Made by a program: the position numbers and the translations under genes. Shown piece by piece: positions 1 to 9,308 of a stretch of DNA of 64,000 nt. The first letter of the stretch is position 1; each line of letters opens with the position of its first letter. Under the pieces are notes generated by a model. It made no database searches and was not told the DNA's origin. It saw nothing but the letters and a program-made list of their open reading frames with translations. This DNA comes from Desulfomonilales bacterium. Its GTDB lineage: Bacteria > Desulfobacterota > Desulfomonilia > Desulfomonilales > Desulfomonilaceae. Where the stretch lies: positions 33,853-97,852 of the forward strand of contig JBBRBO010000003.1 of assembly GCA_038205805.1 (NCBI GenBank), read 5' to 3'.

Positions 1-960
1 GTCCGAAATCTCACCGGAGAATGGGTGAAACAGGCTCAAAGCAAGTTCGAGATGGTAGAGATGCTCCGTGAAGACATTCGACATTTTAAGGCGACTAACT
101 CCCTGGAGAGAGCGGTGGTGATCTGGTGCGGCAGTACGGAAGTGTATTCGCTCCTGGAATCGTGTCACCAAAGCCTGTCCGCATTTGAGAAGGCTTTACG
201 AGAGAGCGCCCCTGAGATCTCTCCGAGCATGATGTACGCGTATGCGGCCATAGCCGAGGCGTGCCCATTCGTAAATGGGGCGCCGAACCTCACCGTTGAC
301 GTCCCGGCGCTCTTGGAGTTCGCACAGCTCAAGCGGACTCCCTTAGCCGGCAAGGACTTCAAGACGGGACAAACCCTCATGAAAACCGTAATAGCTCCCA
401 TGCTGAAGGCCAGAATGTTGGGGCTGAACGGCTGGTTTTCTTCAAACATCCTGGGCAATCGTGACGGCGAAGTCTTGGATGACCCTGCATCGTTCAAGAC
501 CAAGGAAGAGAGCAAGCTGTCGGTGCTGGACGGCATATTGCAGCCTGACCTCTATCCCGATCTCTACGGCGATTTTTACCACAAGGTGTGCATCAATTAT
601 TATCCCCCAAGCGGCGACAACAAAGAAGGTTGGGACAATATTGATATATTTGGGTGGCTCGGGTACCCCATGCAAATAAAGATAGATTTTCTGTGTCGAG
701 ACTCGATCCTCGCGGCGCCCATCGTGCTCGATCTTGTGCTCTTTATGGATTTTGCCCAACGAGCGGGACTACTGGGCATCCAAGAGTGGCTGTCGTTTTA
801 TTTCAAGAGTCCCATGCACTCGGAGGGAATTGTTCCGGAGCATGATCTTTTCATCCAACTCATGAAGCTCAAGAACACCCTGCGCGAGATAATGGGAGAA
901 GAGCCGGTCACGCACCTTGACCAGAAGGAAGATGTTGCGAAGAAAGAAAAAATAGCATAG
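1..960 (+). CDS. ino1: myo-inositol-1-phosphate synthase, C-terminal ~320 aa. The 5' end lies outside the window and frame 1 is open from nt 1.
   Basis: Motifs FVNGAPN, GKDFKTGQT, GWFSSNILGNRDG and CRDSILAAPIVLDLV are typical of bacterial/archaeal MIPS. The ORF-track Met at nt 25 is internal. Confidence 0.85.
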   Translation, partial: VRNLTGEWVKQAQSKFEMVEMLREDIRHFKATNSLERAVVIWCGSTEVYSLLESCHQSLSAFEKALRESAPEISPSMMYAYAAIAEACPFVNGAPNLTVDVPALLEFAQLKRTPLAGKDFKTGQTLMKTVIAPMLKARMLGLNGWFSSNILGNRDGEVLDDPASFKTKEESKLSVLDGILQPDLYPDLYGDFYHKVCINYYPPSGDNKEGWDNIDIFGWLGYPMQIKIDFLCRDSILAAPIVLDLVLFMDFAQRAGLLGIQEWLSFYFKSPMHSEGIVPEHDLFIQLMKLKNTLREIMGEEPVTHLDQKEDVAKKEKIA

Positions 961-1071
961 GATAAGGAGAATTGCTCCTGTTTTTGGAAGCCCCTTCAGC
1001 TAAATTGTCAGGAGTTGAGTGGGTAAATTTGTCGCCTTCACGTCACGAAACGCTCAATTTATTTGTAAAGA

Positions 1072-1875
1072 ATGTCTCAGACACTTGAAACCAATTTTCA
1101 AAACCCCAGCACTCCCTTGGAAGAGGAGATAGCCGCTCTCGGCCCCTGGTTCCACAATCTTCACTTGCCGGACAGCTCGCAGACTGCGCCGCACCATCCG
1201 CTTGGAGACTTCCCCAGCTTCAAGTGGAAAGAAATTGCGGGATTTTTCCCTGCTGATCTCACTGGCAAGCGTGTGCTGGATATAGGCTGTAACGCCGGCT
1301 TTTACACGTTCGAGTTGGCCAAACGGGGCGCTCTAGCCTCGGGCATCGACGTGGACGAGCACTACCTGCATCAGGCCGGATGGGCGGCCAAGCAATTCGG
1401 GCTTGAGCACAAAGTTCAGTTCCGGCGTATGCAAGTCTACGATCTGGCTCCCGAAGCTGAACAATACGATTACGCACTTTTTATGGGTGTTTTTTACCAT
1501 TTGCGGCATCCTTTGTTGGCCTTGGACATTGTCGCTCGTTTGTTTAAGGAGTTCATGGTTTTTCAGACCATGACCATGCCCGGTCTGGAAGAACTGGACT
1601 GCGCGCCGGACTTGAAAATAGACGAGCGGGACGCGATGCTGCAACCCGGTTGGCCCAAAATGGCCTTTATCGAACAGATGTTGGAGGGTGATCCCACAAA
1701 CTGGTGGGCTCCGAATCACGCCGCTGTTGAGGCTATGCTTCGTTCGTCGGGACTTACGGTCACGGCGCGGCCGGCTCACGAGATTTACGTGTGTTCGCGG
1801 AACGACCAACCTGTGATTCGCGGTGAAGAGCTTGCCGCTCTGCGAGGGCTCAAGGTTCTGCCGTCGAGGAAATAG
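1072..1875 (+). CDS. class I SAM-dependent methyltransferase (CmoB/DUF1698-like)
   Basis: 267-aa ORF. It has the SAM motif I VLDIGCNAGFYTFELAKRGA followed by GIDVD. The N-terminal LGPWFHNLHLPD segment resembles DUF1698-type methyltransferases. Confidence 0.8.
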   Translation: MSQTLETNFQNPSTPLEEEIAALGPWFHNLHLPDSSQTAPHHPLGDFPSFKWKEIAGFFPADLTGKRVLDIGCNAGFYTFELAKRGALASGIDVDEHYLHQAGWAAKQFGLEHKVQFRRMQVYDLAPEAEQYDYALFMGVFYHLRHPLLALDIVARLFKEFMVFQTMTMPGLEELDCAPDLKIDERDAMLQPGWPKMAFIEQMLEGDPTNWWAPNHAAVEAMLRSSGLTVTARPAHEIYVCSRNDQPVIRGEELAALRGLKVLPSRK

Positions 1876-1973
1876 ACGCCCGCAAAGTATAGGATGCGCA
1901 TAAGATTTCTTCGCCGACGCATCCGTTCATATCATGTTCTACGGACAGCCGACTGAAGACCCGAGTTGTTCTT

Positions 1974-2849
1974 ATGATAGAAGCCGTTAAATTTTGGAAT
2001 GAACCCAATAATCTTTCCCACTGGGATTTCGAGATGGACCCGGAATGGAAAGAGTACGCTCACATGACCAGGCTGGCCGCCCAAGCGGTGCGCGCCGAGA
2101 AACCGAACCTCACGCTGGTGCTCGGGGGGATTTCCCCCATTGATCCGAATTTTATTCACCTTATGCAGACGCACGGGACCCTTGATTGTCTAGATGCTGT
2201 GGCGGTTCACGGCTTTCCTCTGGACTGGAATCTCTGGAATATCAACGAATGGCCGGCAAAACTTGCCGAGATCCGAACCGTATCGGACAAACCCATATGG
2301 GTGACCGAGGTGGGTGTTTCCACCTTCGGCGCCGACGAAGTGCAGGTTTTTGGGCTTCAGCGCACGCAGGACTTGCTCTTGCCTATCAATGATCGTGTCT
2401 ACTGGTACAGTTTGCTGGATCTTCCGCCCACTTGGGACGCCACCACTCGTCACAAGGAGAGCGAAGGCAGTTCCTATTACCGCCATTTCTACATGGGACT
2501 GATCCGAGCCGACGACACACCCAAGCCCTCTATCGATGCGTTTAACCCGGAAATGGGGATATGCCAGTGGGTGCACTTTGAAGACCACCGCCTGGACTCT
2601 ATGCTCAAGTGGCTGCGTTGCCTGGGCGTCAAGAAGTTAAGAACCGGCGTCAGTTGGGCGGATTGGCTCAGGCCGAATGCGCTTCCCTGGTTCGACAAGC
2701 AGATGAAGGCGCTGGAAGAGTTCGACACCACGCTGACGTTGTGTTTTACACCGGCTTCGCGCGGACGTCGGCCGGACCATACAAGTCCACCTCTCGTTCC
2801 GGAGGAATTCGCCGATTTCGCTGTGGAGGTGATAAAGCGCTACGCTTGA
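1974..2849 (+). CDS. clan GH-A (beta/alpha)8 glycoside-hydrolase-like protein with apparently circularly permuted segment order
   Basis: The ORF starts at the acid/base motif VKFWNEPNN and has a nucleophile-like motif, KPIWVTEVG. Its C-terminal third (LGVKKLRTGVSWADW ... FTP ... EEFADFAVEVIKRYA) looks like the usual N-terminal strands of the same fold. No clear RBS. Confidence 0.6.
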   Translation: MIEAVKFWNEPNNLSHWDFEMDPEWKEYAHMTRLAAQAVRAEKPNLTLVLGGISPIDPNFIHLMQTHGTLDCLDAVAVHGFPLDWNLWNINEWPAKLAEIRTVSDKPIWVTEVGVSTFGADEVQVFGLQRTQDLLLPINDRVYWYSLLDLPPTWDATTRHKESEGSSYYRHFYMGLIRADDTPKPSIDAFNPEMGICQWVHFEDHRLDSMLKWLRCLGVKKLRTGVSWADWLRPNALPWFDKQMKALEEFDTTLTLCFTPASRGRRPDHTSPPLVPEEFADFAVEVIKRYA

Positions 2850-3023
2850 ACGTGACATCGACGTATGACCCAACAGCCCAGAGCTTGGACGAACATCTAC
2901 TTGTTGGAACATGTATGCTCTGCCGCATGTCCTAACGTTCTGCTGAAATGCTTTTGGAGAGCAACCAACCGCTCGTGGGTGGTCAGTTGTCGCCGACCCC
3001 GGTGAACGGTTCAGAGAAATAGT

Positions 3024-4134
3024 ATGAAAATAGTAATTTTTGGTCTTACAATCACATCCTCCTGGGGAAACGGGCATGCCACTATCTGGCGTGGGTTGTG
3101 CCGAGCCTTGGCGGACCTGGGAAATTCCATCTTCTTCTTCGAGAAAGACGTTCCATACTACGCTGCCCACCGGGATCTCGTTGAAATACCAGGAGTTGAC
3201 GTAACACTCTACGACGCCTGGGGGACCATCCAAGAAACGGCCCAAGCCCATGTTCACTCATCCGACGCTACAATTGTAACCTCCTAATTACCCGGATGCA
3301 GTGGCCGCCACGGATCTCCTTAGACAAGTTCACGGTCCTCTTAAGGTCTTTTACGATATGGACGCCCCGGTGACGCTGAGCCGTTTGGCCAAGGGAGAAC
3401 ACGTCGCATACGTGCCGGTTGACGGGTATGCCTCCTACGATCTCACCCTGAGCTACACGGGAGGCATAGCGCTTGATCTCCTCAAAGAGCGGCTGGGAGC
3501 AAAACATACGGCGCCTCTCTATGGGTGTGTTGATCCGCACACGCACGCACCGACTCGCCCGGAAGCGCAATACGGAGCCTTGTTGTCCCACTTGGGCGCT
3601 TATGCCGAGGACCGACGAGACGTTCTCCACGATTTGTTTCTTGAGCCGGCGAGTCGCATGGCGGAAGAGACTTTTCTCATCGGCGGTTCGCTGTATCCCG
3701 AAGATTTCCCCCGGCTTCCCAATATCCGTTTCGCGCGACATGTGCCGCCGTCCGAGCATCGAAGGTTCTTCAGTTCATCACGTTTCACGCTGAACATCAC
3801 AAGGGGAGCTATGGCGGAAATGGGCTATTGTCCTTCAGGGCGTATTTTCGAGGCTGCGGCTTGCGGCGCTCCGATCATCAGCGACTCGTGGGCGGGTTTA
3901 GAGATGTTTCTCGAACCGGGCAAGGAAATCATTCTCGCTTGCAACGCCGACGAGGTCATACGTGCGCTGCGCATGCCCGAGGACAAGCGGCGTTCCTTGG
4001 TGGAAGCCGCCAAGGAACGTGTCTTGGCGGAACACACGGCGTATCACCGCGCCCTTGCGTTAGAGAGCTTACTCGGATCGTCGCTGACAAGTCGTGGAGC
4101 ATACGCCGGCGCCTCCGTAAGGCCTGGGAGCTAA
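3024..4134 (+). pseudogene. CgeB-like glycosyltransferase (Glyco_trans_1_2-type C-terminus), interrupted by a 1-nt frameshift near nt 3280-3290
   Basis: ORF 3024-3287 (MKIVIFGLTITSSWGNGHATIWRGL...) ends in TAA. The +1 frame is open from nt 3280 (PPNYPDAVAATDLL...) and runs to 4134, with FEAAACGAPIISDSWAGLEMFLEPGKEI. Together the two pieces make one normal-length protein. Confidence 0.65.
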
Positions 4135-4137
4135 ACC

Positions 4138-4887
4138 ATGTGGGGAATTATTCCGGCCGCGGGACACGGCAGTAGAATACAACCGCTGGCGTTCTCAAAG
4201 GAATTACTCCCTGTAGGCAGCAGGTTCGAAGGGGGTGTGGAAAGACCCCGCGCCGTAAGCGAACACCTGGTGAACCGCATGCTCCTGGCCGGCGCGGACA
4301 AGATATGTTTTGTGATCTCTCCGCGAAAAAGCGACATCATGCAGTATTATGGGTCAGGGCTCGGCAGCGCGCATTTTTGCTATACGGTGCAACAGCAACC
4401 TACTGGCCTATGCGCGGCGATTTTCACGGCATTGCCGCTGATTCCTCCCGACGAATCGACGCTGGTGGGAATGCCGGATACTGTCTGGTTCCCGGAGGAT
4501 GGTTTCCGCAGCTTGCCGGATGATTGCTTGGCATTTCTGTTATTCCCGGTGGATCAGCCGGAACTGTTCGATGCAGTGATTTTGGATGACGAAAGTAACA
4601 TCCGTGAAATGCTGGTGAAAACACCCTATTCGCCGACGAAATGGGTGTGGGGAGCCTTTAAGGCGCCGGGTCGTGTTCTGTATGAGTTGCGCGACCTATG
4701 GCTGGCCCGCGAGGAGCAGGATGAATATATCGGCAGCCTTGTGAATGCTTATATACGCAACGGAGGCAAGGCGGTCGGTGTGCGATATGGTGAATCGTAT
4801 GTAGACGTGGGTACGCTGAACGGGTACAGAAAAGCCATTCGGTCACTTGATAGTCACGTGAGTCCCTTACTGGCCGTGGTGGATTAG
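4138..4887 (+). CDS. sugar-/alcohol-phosphate nucleotidyltransferase (RmlA/GalU-fold)
   Basis: N-terminal signature GIIPAAGHGSRIQPLAFSKELLPV (GxGxR...K). The start lies 4 nt after the preceding stop, with a GGGAG RBS. Confidence 0.8.
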   Translation: MWGIIPAAGHGSRIQPLAFSKELLPVGSRFEGGVERPRAVSEHLVNRMLLAGADKICFVISPRKSDIMQYYGSGLGSAHFCYTVQQQPTGLCAAIFTALPLIPPDESTLVGMPDTVWFPEDGFRSLPDDCLAFLLFPVDQPELFDAVILDDESNIREMLVKTPYSPTKWVWGAFKAPGRVLYELRDLWLAREEQDEYIGSLVNAYIRNGGKAVGVRYGESYVDVGTLNGYRKAIRSLDSHVSPLLAVVD

Positions 4888-4936
4888 GCCGCGGCGCAAA
4901 GATGCACTTCGTATTGCCTTGGGAGAGCGCTGGTTC

Positions 4937-5539
4937 ATGACGCAATTCCTCCTGATTCGACACGGAAACACCACCGCAGGGGAATCCATTCCCGGCCGCT
5001 CACCCGGCGTATATCTCAGTGAGCATGGTGTCGGCCAGGTTCAGCGTCTTGCAGAGCGGTTAGCCGGCATTCCCATTGATCTCATCTGCGCAAGTCCCCT
5101 GGAGCGAACCAGGCAGACCGCGGAAATCATTGCTGAAAAACTGGGACAACAGGTCGAGTTTATCGACGACCTCATCGAAATCGAATTCGGGGACTGGACC
5201 AATCACACGTTCAGCGAGTTGGAAGGAGACATGAAGTGGACCCACTGGCATTCGTTCCGCACCGGGACCCGAATTCCGAACGGCGAAATGATGATCGAGG
5301 TTCAGGCCCGTATGGCGGCTCAGGTAGAAAAACTCAGGCGCCGTATACCTGACGGCACGATAGCCCTCATCAGTCATGGGGATCCCATACGTTCGCTCAT
5401 TTGCCACTACGCCGGCTTGCCCATAGACTACATGCTGCGCGTCCGCATGGACACAGCGTCTCTAACCGTTCTGCACTTAGGCGAGTTTTGGGCGGAATTC
5501 GCGTGCATCAACGTCACTGAGGAATTACCGTTCAAGTAA
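4937..5539 (+). CDS. histidine phosphatase family protein (phosphoglycerate-mutase-like)
   Basis: LLIRHGNT catalytic RHG motif near the N-terminus and a second His in LISHGDPIRS. I chose the Met at 4937; the ORF is open from 4919. Confidence 0.8.
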   Translation: MTQFLLIRHGNTTAGESIPGRSPGVYLSEHGVGQVQRLAERLAGIPIDLICASPLERTRQTAEIIAEKLGQQVEFIDDLIEIEFGDWTNHTFSELEGDMKWTHWHSFRTGTRIPNGEMMIEVQARMAAQVEKLRRRIPDGTIALISHGDPIRSLICHYAGLPIDYMLRVRMDTASLTVLHLGEFWAEFACINVTEELPFK

Positions 5540-5597
5540 GCGTCCGGCCGCTTATTCCGCCGCAGAGCGTACTTACCTCAAGTGGAGGCACAGCGAC

Positions 5598-7364
5598 ATG
5601 CTGGTTTACGGGGACTCTATTACGGCCACAACCGTCCGTAATTGCATGTCCGAGCTCTTTGCCGTCTGCGAAAGTATTGCAAACACCCGGTGTCAAGATC
5701 ACGAAGTAATCACTGAGTTACTCATCGAGCACGGCGAGTTCGAAAGCGCCCTTACCGACGACCTGTCTCCCGAACGCGACGAATGGACGCCTACCATCGC
5801 AGCTCTGAAAACCGCCGGAGTCCTAACTGGAGACATTGCGGTTTGTTCTCACCAAGAGCTTTTCTCTGAAGCCCACGCTGCTCTTACGACGTATGAACGT
5901 GAGCTGCGTAATTTGGCGCTCATCCTCCCCGATAAGCCCCTGAAAACCAAAACACCGGAAGGATATGCTTTCTACGCCCTCTATCCGGAAATGTATCTGC
6001 AAGCGGCGGTAACATTTTACGAGAACCGCGCACCCGCAAGAGTAATCTGCATAGGAATCCGAAGCATCGGGACTAGTTTGTCCTCCATTGTGACCGCCGC
6101 TTTGCGACGCATCGGAATTTGCGTGGAAGCATATACCGTACGACCTAGAGGCGATTGCTTCGATAGACGAATAGTACTATCTCGGGAACTAAGCGCATGC
6201 CTGACTAGGGAACTAGACGCCCATTATCTCGTGGCGGATGAAGGCCCCGGCTTGAGTGGATCATCTTTCTGCAGCGTTGCTCGGATGCTTTCGGAATACG
6301 GGGTTACCGATGATCGTATTGTCTTCATACCGAGTTGGATTCCCGATGTGGGCTCTTTAAGGTCCGAGCACGCGCGCAAGGTGTGGCCGCTACACGAGAA
6401 GTATGTATGCGGATTCGAAGAGCTTTGGTTTGCGCAGGGCCGCAAAGCGAAGCTATTCCCCAGCCCCGGCATGCGAGACCTCTCTGCCGGGAGGTGGCGC
6501 AGCCTGTTGTATGAACCGCGCCGGGAACAACCGGCCGTCTACCCCTACACGGAACGCCGCAAGTACCTGTATTCACCACCTCATTCCGAGGGCAAGGACG
6601 CGCTCTCGCGTGATTCGGGTATCTTCTGGAAATTTGCGGGGCTCGGTAAACACGGTAAGGCAACCTACCGCCGCGCCGAGGTGCTTCACCAATTGGGCTT
6701 CGGACCGGAGCCGCTGCGATTAACGCGAGGATTCATTGCCTATCGCTTTGGACATGGCCGGCCATTAGCCGCTAGTGAACGGTCACCCGAGTTTCTTCAT
6801 TTCGCGGCACGCTACATTATCGCAGTTGAACGAGAATTTCCCGCCCCTGCGAGCCGTTCCTGGGACGAAATGCTGGAGATGGTGCGGGCAAACACAGCAG
6901 AGGGACTCGGCGCCGACTGGGCGAATCGAATCCTCCGTCGAGCAGACACTCTGCAGGAGCGCTATTCATCCACAGCCACAGCCGTTGACGGTCGCATGCA
7001 GCCCTGGGAATGGCTCCGCACGGCCTTCGGCTTCATCAAGACCGACGCCACGGACCACCACAACGACCACTTTTTCCCCGGTCGGCAACACATAGCCTGG
7101 GATGTGACCGGTTTCATGGTTGAGTTTCGCTTCACCCCCGACGAGCGAAAGAACTTTCTGGAGCGATATTTCTCGGCCGGAGGCAAGAGCGACGTGCGCG
7201 CTAGGCTGCCGTTCTACACAATAGCGTACCTGGCGTTTCGCCTTGGTTACTGCGTTTTCGCAGCAGAGACTCTGGGTGACACACAGGATGGCCGCGGATT
7301 CCTCAGCCTAGCGGAATACTACGGCGGCGCCCTTAAAACGGCAATACTGGACCTCGACAAGTGA
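5598..7364 (+). CDS. hypothetical 588-aa protein. Tentatively a phosphoribosyltransferase-like N-terminal half and a kinase-like (APH/PKL-type) C-terminal half.
   Basis: GGAGG RBS 10 nt upstream. The segment ICIGIRSIGTSL...HYLVADEGPGLSGSSF resembles a PRTase PRPP loop. The segment KTDATDHHNDHFFPGRQHIAWDVTG resembles a kinase catalytic-loop/DxD region. I recognise no confident family. Confidence 0.55.
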   Translation: MLVYGDSITATTVRNCMSELFAVCESIANTRCQDHEVITELLIEHGEFESALTDDLSPERDEWTPTIAALKTAGVLTGDIAVCSHQELFSEAHAALTTYERELRNLALILPDKPLKTKTPEGYAFYALYPEMYLQAAVTFYENRAPARVICIGIRSIGTSLSSIVTAALRRIGICVEAYTVRPRGDCFDRRIVLSRELSACLTRELDAHYLVADEGPGLSGSSFCSVARMLSEYGVTDDRIVFIPSWIPDVGSLRSEHARKVWPLHEKYVCGFEELWFAQGRKAKLFPSPGMRDLSAGRWRSLLYEPRREQPAVYPYTERRKYLYSPPHSEGKDALSRDSGIFWKFAGLGKHGKATYRRAEVLHQLGFGPEPLRLTRGFIAYRFGHGRPLAASERSPEFLHFAARYIIAVEREFPAPASRSWDEMLEMVRANTAEGLGADWANRILRRADTLQERYSSTATAVDGRMQPWEWLRTAFGFIKTDATDHHNDHFFPGRQHIAWDVTGFMVEFRFTPDERKNFLERYFSAGGKSDVRARLPFYTIAYLAFRLGYCVFAAETLGDTQDGRGFLSLAEYYGGALKTAILDLDK

Positions 7365-7535
7365 ACGCCGGCCTTGCCCTAGTAAGACGCATGAAGAAAA
7401 CACAAGGATAGACCTATCTAGTTCGACCGACTTTATTCATCGAGGCGCTGCGGTCCGTGACGAGTATCAACTCAAGCATGGCATGGATCATGAGTGGCAC
7501 GGGCTCTCCTTGGTGAGGGTTTTCGGCTGGGTTTC

Positions 7536-9077
7536 TTATTGCGAGAACCGCTTCCAGCTTCGCTTGTAGTATTCCATGATGATTTGGTTGTCCAAACGAT
7601 TCGGCTGTATTTCTTTGCTTGTGCGCAAATCCTTCGGGAAAAGGAACAGCGTCGGCAAGAGATCCTGAGACAGGAACTTGAGGGGAATAGCTGAATCCAA
7701 TCTGAGACTCGCCGGATCAAACGGCCGGCGCGAGGCCAGTATGAAGCCCCAATCCCCAAACGACGGCACATGCGCATGGTAGGGATACACGTACAAACCC
7801 CCCTCCGGACCTACTCTCGCCGTCTCCAGCGTCTTGGCGATACACCAGAACGCATCGGGCGCATAAAAGGGACTGGTAGCCTGGGTTGCAATAACCCCGT
7901 ACTTGCTCAGTCTCTTGGCTACAAGGGAGTAAAACGATGTGGAATAAAGTCGCGCCAGCGACAGGTTATTCGGGTCCGGTAAGTCGATGAAAATCACATC
8001 CCAAAACTCCGTGGAGTTTTCCAGAAACTTGCCTGCGTCCTGCACATGCACGGTAAGGCGGCTATCCGAAAGCGCCCTGCGCGACAGATCGGCCAACGCG
8101 GAATGGTTGGTGAAGAGATCAATCATATCCCCGTCAAGGTCCACCAAATCGATGCGCTGAATTCGCGGATATTTCAGGACCTCCCTTGCGGTTAAGCCGT
8201 CGCCGCCGCCGAGAATCAGGGCTCGCACAGCTCCCGGCGCAGCGGCCATGGCAGGATGGACCAGAGCTTCATGATACCGATGCTCGTCAATGCTGGAAAA
8301 CTGGAGATGCCCATCGAGAAACAGGCGAATATCGTCACGCCATCTGGTAACGACAATACGCTGATAAGGCGTCTGTTTCGCAAAAACAATCCTATCCTGA
8401 TAAAGAAACGTCTCCACCATTCCGGTGAACACTCCCGAAGCGGCAAGACCCGCAACCAAAACCACGGCTGAAACCACCGCAGCGGGTAATAGTCGATTGC
8501 GCGCCTTCAGGACTGGTCGCAAAATTTTCACACCGAGCAACGCCACCGCTATGTTCAGCAATCCGCAGATGAGGGATGTCCGCAGCAAACCCACGTATGG
8601 GACCAAGATCAAGGGAAAGGCCACGGAAGCGATAAGCGCGCCCATGTAGTCCAACGCAAGCACATTTGAGACGGTTATGCGCAATGCGTTTTCGTCCTTC
8701 AGCAGTCGAATGAGCAAGGGGATTTCCATGCCCACGAGCGTTCCGGTGATCGTCAGTACCATCACCAGGACGGGCCAATACGCAAGCGACAACGCAAAAG
8801 ACGTCAGCAGGAGCGGCGCGGATAATCCACCAACCAACCCTATAGCTATTTGAATAGCAATGAACGCGTCGGCCGCGTCGTCGGGTAAGTAGCGAGTGAG
8901 ATAAGAACCCAAACCCATCGCCGTCAAAAAGATACCGATGACAAGCGAAAATTGGGTCACGGAACCGCCGAGCAGGTAGCTGGAGAGCGCAGCGGCTACA
9001 AGTTCGTAAATCAGACCGCAAACCGCGACTGTGAAGACCGACCCAAGGAGGTAAACTCCGGAAAACGAGGGGTTCAC
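7536..9077 (-). CDS. membrane-anchored polyamine aminopropyltransferase (spermidine-synthase-like) with a polytopic N-terminal domain
   Basis: About 200 aa of hydrophobic helices are followed by LILGGGDGLTAREVLKYP...IDLVDLDGDMI (SpeE SAM/dcSAM fold). The GTG start lies 3 nt after the upstream stop. Confidence 0.8.
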   Translation of the reverse strand: MNPSFSGVYLLGSVFTVAVCGLIYELVAAALSSYLLGGSVTQFSLVIGIFLTAMGLGSYLTRYLPDDAADAFIAIQIAIGLVGGLSAPLLLTSFALSLAYWPVLVMVLTITGTLVGMEIPLLIRLLKDENALRITVSNVLALDYMGALIASVAFPLILVPYVGLLRTSLICGLLNIAVALLGVKILRPVLKARNRLLPAAVVSAVVLVAGLAASGVFTGMVETFLYQDRIVFAKQTPYQRIVVTRWRDDIRLFLDGHLQFSSIDEHRYHEALVHPAMAAAPGAVRALILGGGDGLTAREVLKYPRIQRIDLVDLDGDMIDLFTNHSALADLSRRALSDSRLTVHVQDAGKFLENSTEFWDVIFIDLPDPNNLSLARLYSTSFYSLVAKRLSKYGVIATQATSPFYAPDAFWCIAKTLETARVGPEGGLYVYPYHAHVPSFGDWGFILASRRPFDPASLRLDSAIPLKFLSQDLLPTLFLFPKDLRTSKEIQPNRLDNQIIMEYYKRSWKRFSQ

Positions 9078-9080
9078 GAC

Positions 9081-9284
9081 TTACTTACCAGAGGAATATC
9101 CCCCGCCCGTATGGGTGCGACCGTAGAAAAGATAAGGTGTGTGCCGATACCTTGAACCCTCGCGCACGCTCACGGGCTTCTTTATGGGGTTGGTGAGAAA
9201 CCAGCCGTAACAGGCCCCACCGTACGCTGTGACGGTGACACCCAGCAGAAACACACAAACGATGGTCTTGAAAACTGTTACCAT
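9081..9284 (-). CDS. small membrane protein (67 aa), unknown function
   Basis: AGGAAAG RBS. One hydrophobic helix (IVCVFLLGVTVTAYGGACYGWF) and a basic Gly-rich tail. It is translationally coupled to the SpeE-like gene. Confidence 0.5.
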   Translation of the reverse strand: MVTVFKTIVCVFLLGVTVTAYGGACYGWFLTNPIKKPVSVREGSRYRHTPYLFYGRTHTGGGYSSGK

Positions 9285-9308
9285 ATTCTTTCCTAAATGG
9301 CAGGCCGC

